A stretch of DNA of 63,086 bases, counting the filler, from Octopus bimaculoides (lineage: Eukaryota), in NCBI RefSeq assembly GCF_001194135.2. It is 6 parts of 5 records of this genome, joined end to end, with 100 filler letters (N's around TTAATTAATTAA, not from the genome) between each part and the next. Parts side by side here need not be neighbours in the genome. Positions count along the whole stretch, not along the records: positions 59,917 to 63,086 come from NC_068985.1; 5 more parts are not named here. One strand, 5' to 3'. Below, in pieces: positions 62,040-63,086 of this stretch (within the stretch, counting starts at the first letter, position 1; each line of letters begins with the position of its first letter). The position numbers and the translations under genes were made by a program. Under the pieces are notes generated by a model. It searched no databases. It was not told the DNA's origin and saw only the letters and a program-made list of their open reading frames with translations.

Positions 62040-62840
62040 CTCTGTCAATCTGTCTATCCATCTGACTGTCTTTCTGCCTGTCTTTGTATGTAGCAATTAC
62101 TATCACTCTTTTCTAACGAATAGACATAAAAGAGACAAATACACACATACATGCATGCATACATACATGCAGACTTGTGTACACACATATATATATATAC
62201 ACATCCACATATGTTTAAATATATATANNNNNNNNNNNNNNNNNNNNNNNNNNNNNNNNNNNNNNNNNNNNNNNNNNNNNNNNNNNNNNNNNNNNNNNNN
62301 NNNNNNNNNNNNNNNNNNNNNNNNNNNNNNNNNNNNNNNNNNNNNNNTATATATATATAATTATGTGTATTTCTTCTATCTTAATGAATAAAAATTCTTC
62401 TGATAGAATAAATGGGTTAATAGAAACCAATGTAGCAAATAACACAAAATAACTGTGGTTAGCTCCTGTTTTTAAGGCAGGAACTCTCTCTATATATATG
62501 CATACATGTAGATATACACATGTAGATATATGTGTGAGCATGTATGATTATGTTGATGTTTATTTGTATGTTTGTGTTTGTATCTGCATCTCTGCCTCTG
62601 TGTGTTTATAGGTATATAAACATTCTTACACCCAAACACGTATCTTGTAAAAAGCTAGTTACACAAACACCCCCAATCACAAACTTACGTTGATATTTCA
62701 TACTTTATCTCCCTCATCACTCTGTCTATTTAATAGCTTATCTATCTTTATATGTCTAACTGTATGTGTATATCTCCGTCTATAACTTTGTATCTCTGTC
62801 TCTGTCTACCCCTCTCTCTCTCTATCTCTGTCTATCTATG

Positions 62841-62881
<41 letters not shown>

Positions 62882-62989
62882 CTCTCTCTATCTATTTATC
62901 TATCTATTTTCCGATCCCTTTTGATCGAACTCCCCCTTTTTCCCTTCCTACGATCCCTTTTGATCGACACCACCCCTTTTTTTTTCCTT

Positions 62990-63075
62990 CCTTCCCCCTC
63001 CCAAAAAGAAAAGCTCTGCATTGTATTTGTCCCATCTTCGTTGAGCCCTGTGTGGCTAATAAAAGAAATGTCTCT
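62990..63075 (+). mobile_element. SINE B-like 3' tail
   Basis: tgagccctgtgtggctaataaaagaaat resembles the tail at 25210-25240. Confidence 0.45.
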
Positions 63076-63086
63076 ATTTATAACGA

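Overview
AT-rich, microsatellite-dense eukaryotic non-coding DNA from a gapped draft assembly (18 N-gaps, about 4.8 kb; five are 100-bp gaps carrying a TTAATTAATTAA linker). The repeat families look to me like those of a coleoid cephalopod, most likely Octopus; this is pattern recognition, not a database result. I found no supportable host protein-coding exon, rRNA, true tRNA gene or CRISPR array, and almost all ORFs in the track are artefacts of N runs or simple repeats. The window is an intergenic or intronic patchwork of three tRNA-derived SINE families (called A, B and C here), 5'-truncated CR1-like and RTE-like LINE ends, a DD37D (maT-type) Tc1/mariner pseudogene, a folded-back mariner fragment, piggyBac-like TTAA MITEs and Helentron/Helitron-like elements. 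Short unique islands between them carry candidate regulatory motifs. The most interesting observations are an unexplained ~200-bp degenerate tandem array with dimeric structure (49050-49830), a 3' tail and stem-loop shared between the CR1-like LINE and SINE A, several fold-back or template-switch structures, and a TIR-bounded mini-element containing telomere-like repeats. Nothing here demonstrates a new multi-gene biological system. SINE and LINE boundaries are approximate (about 10-20 bp).
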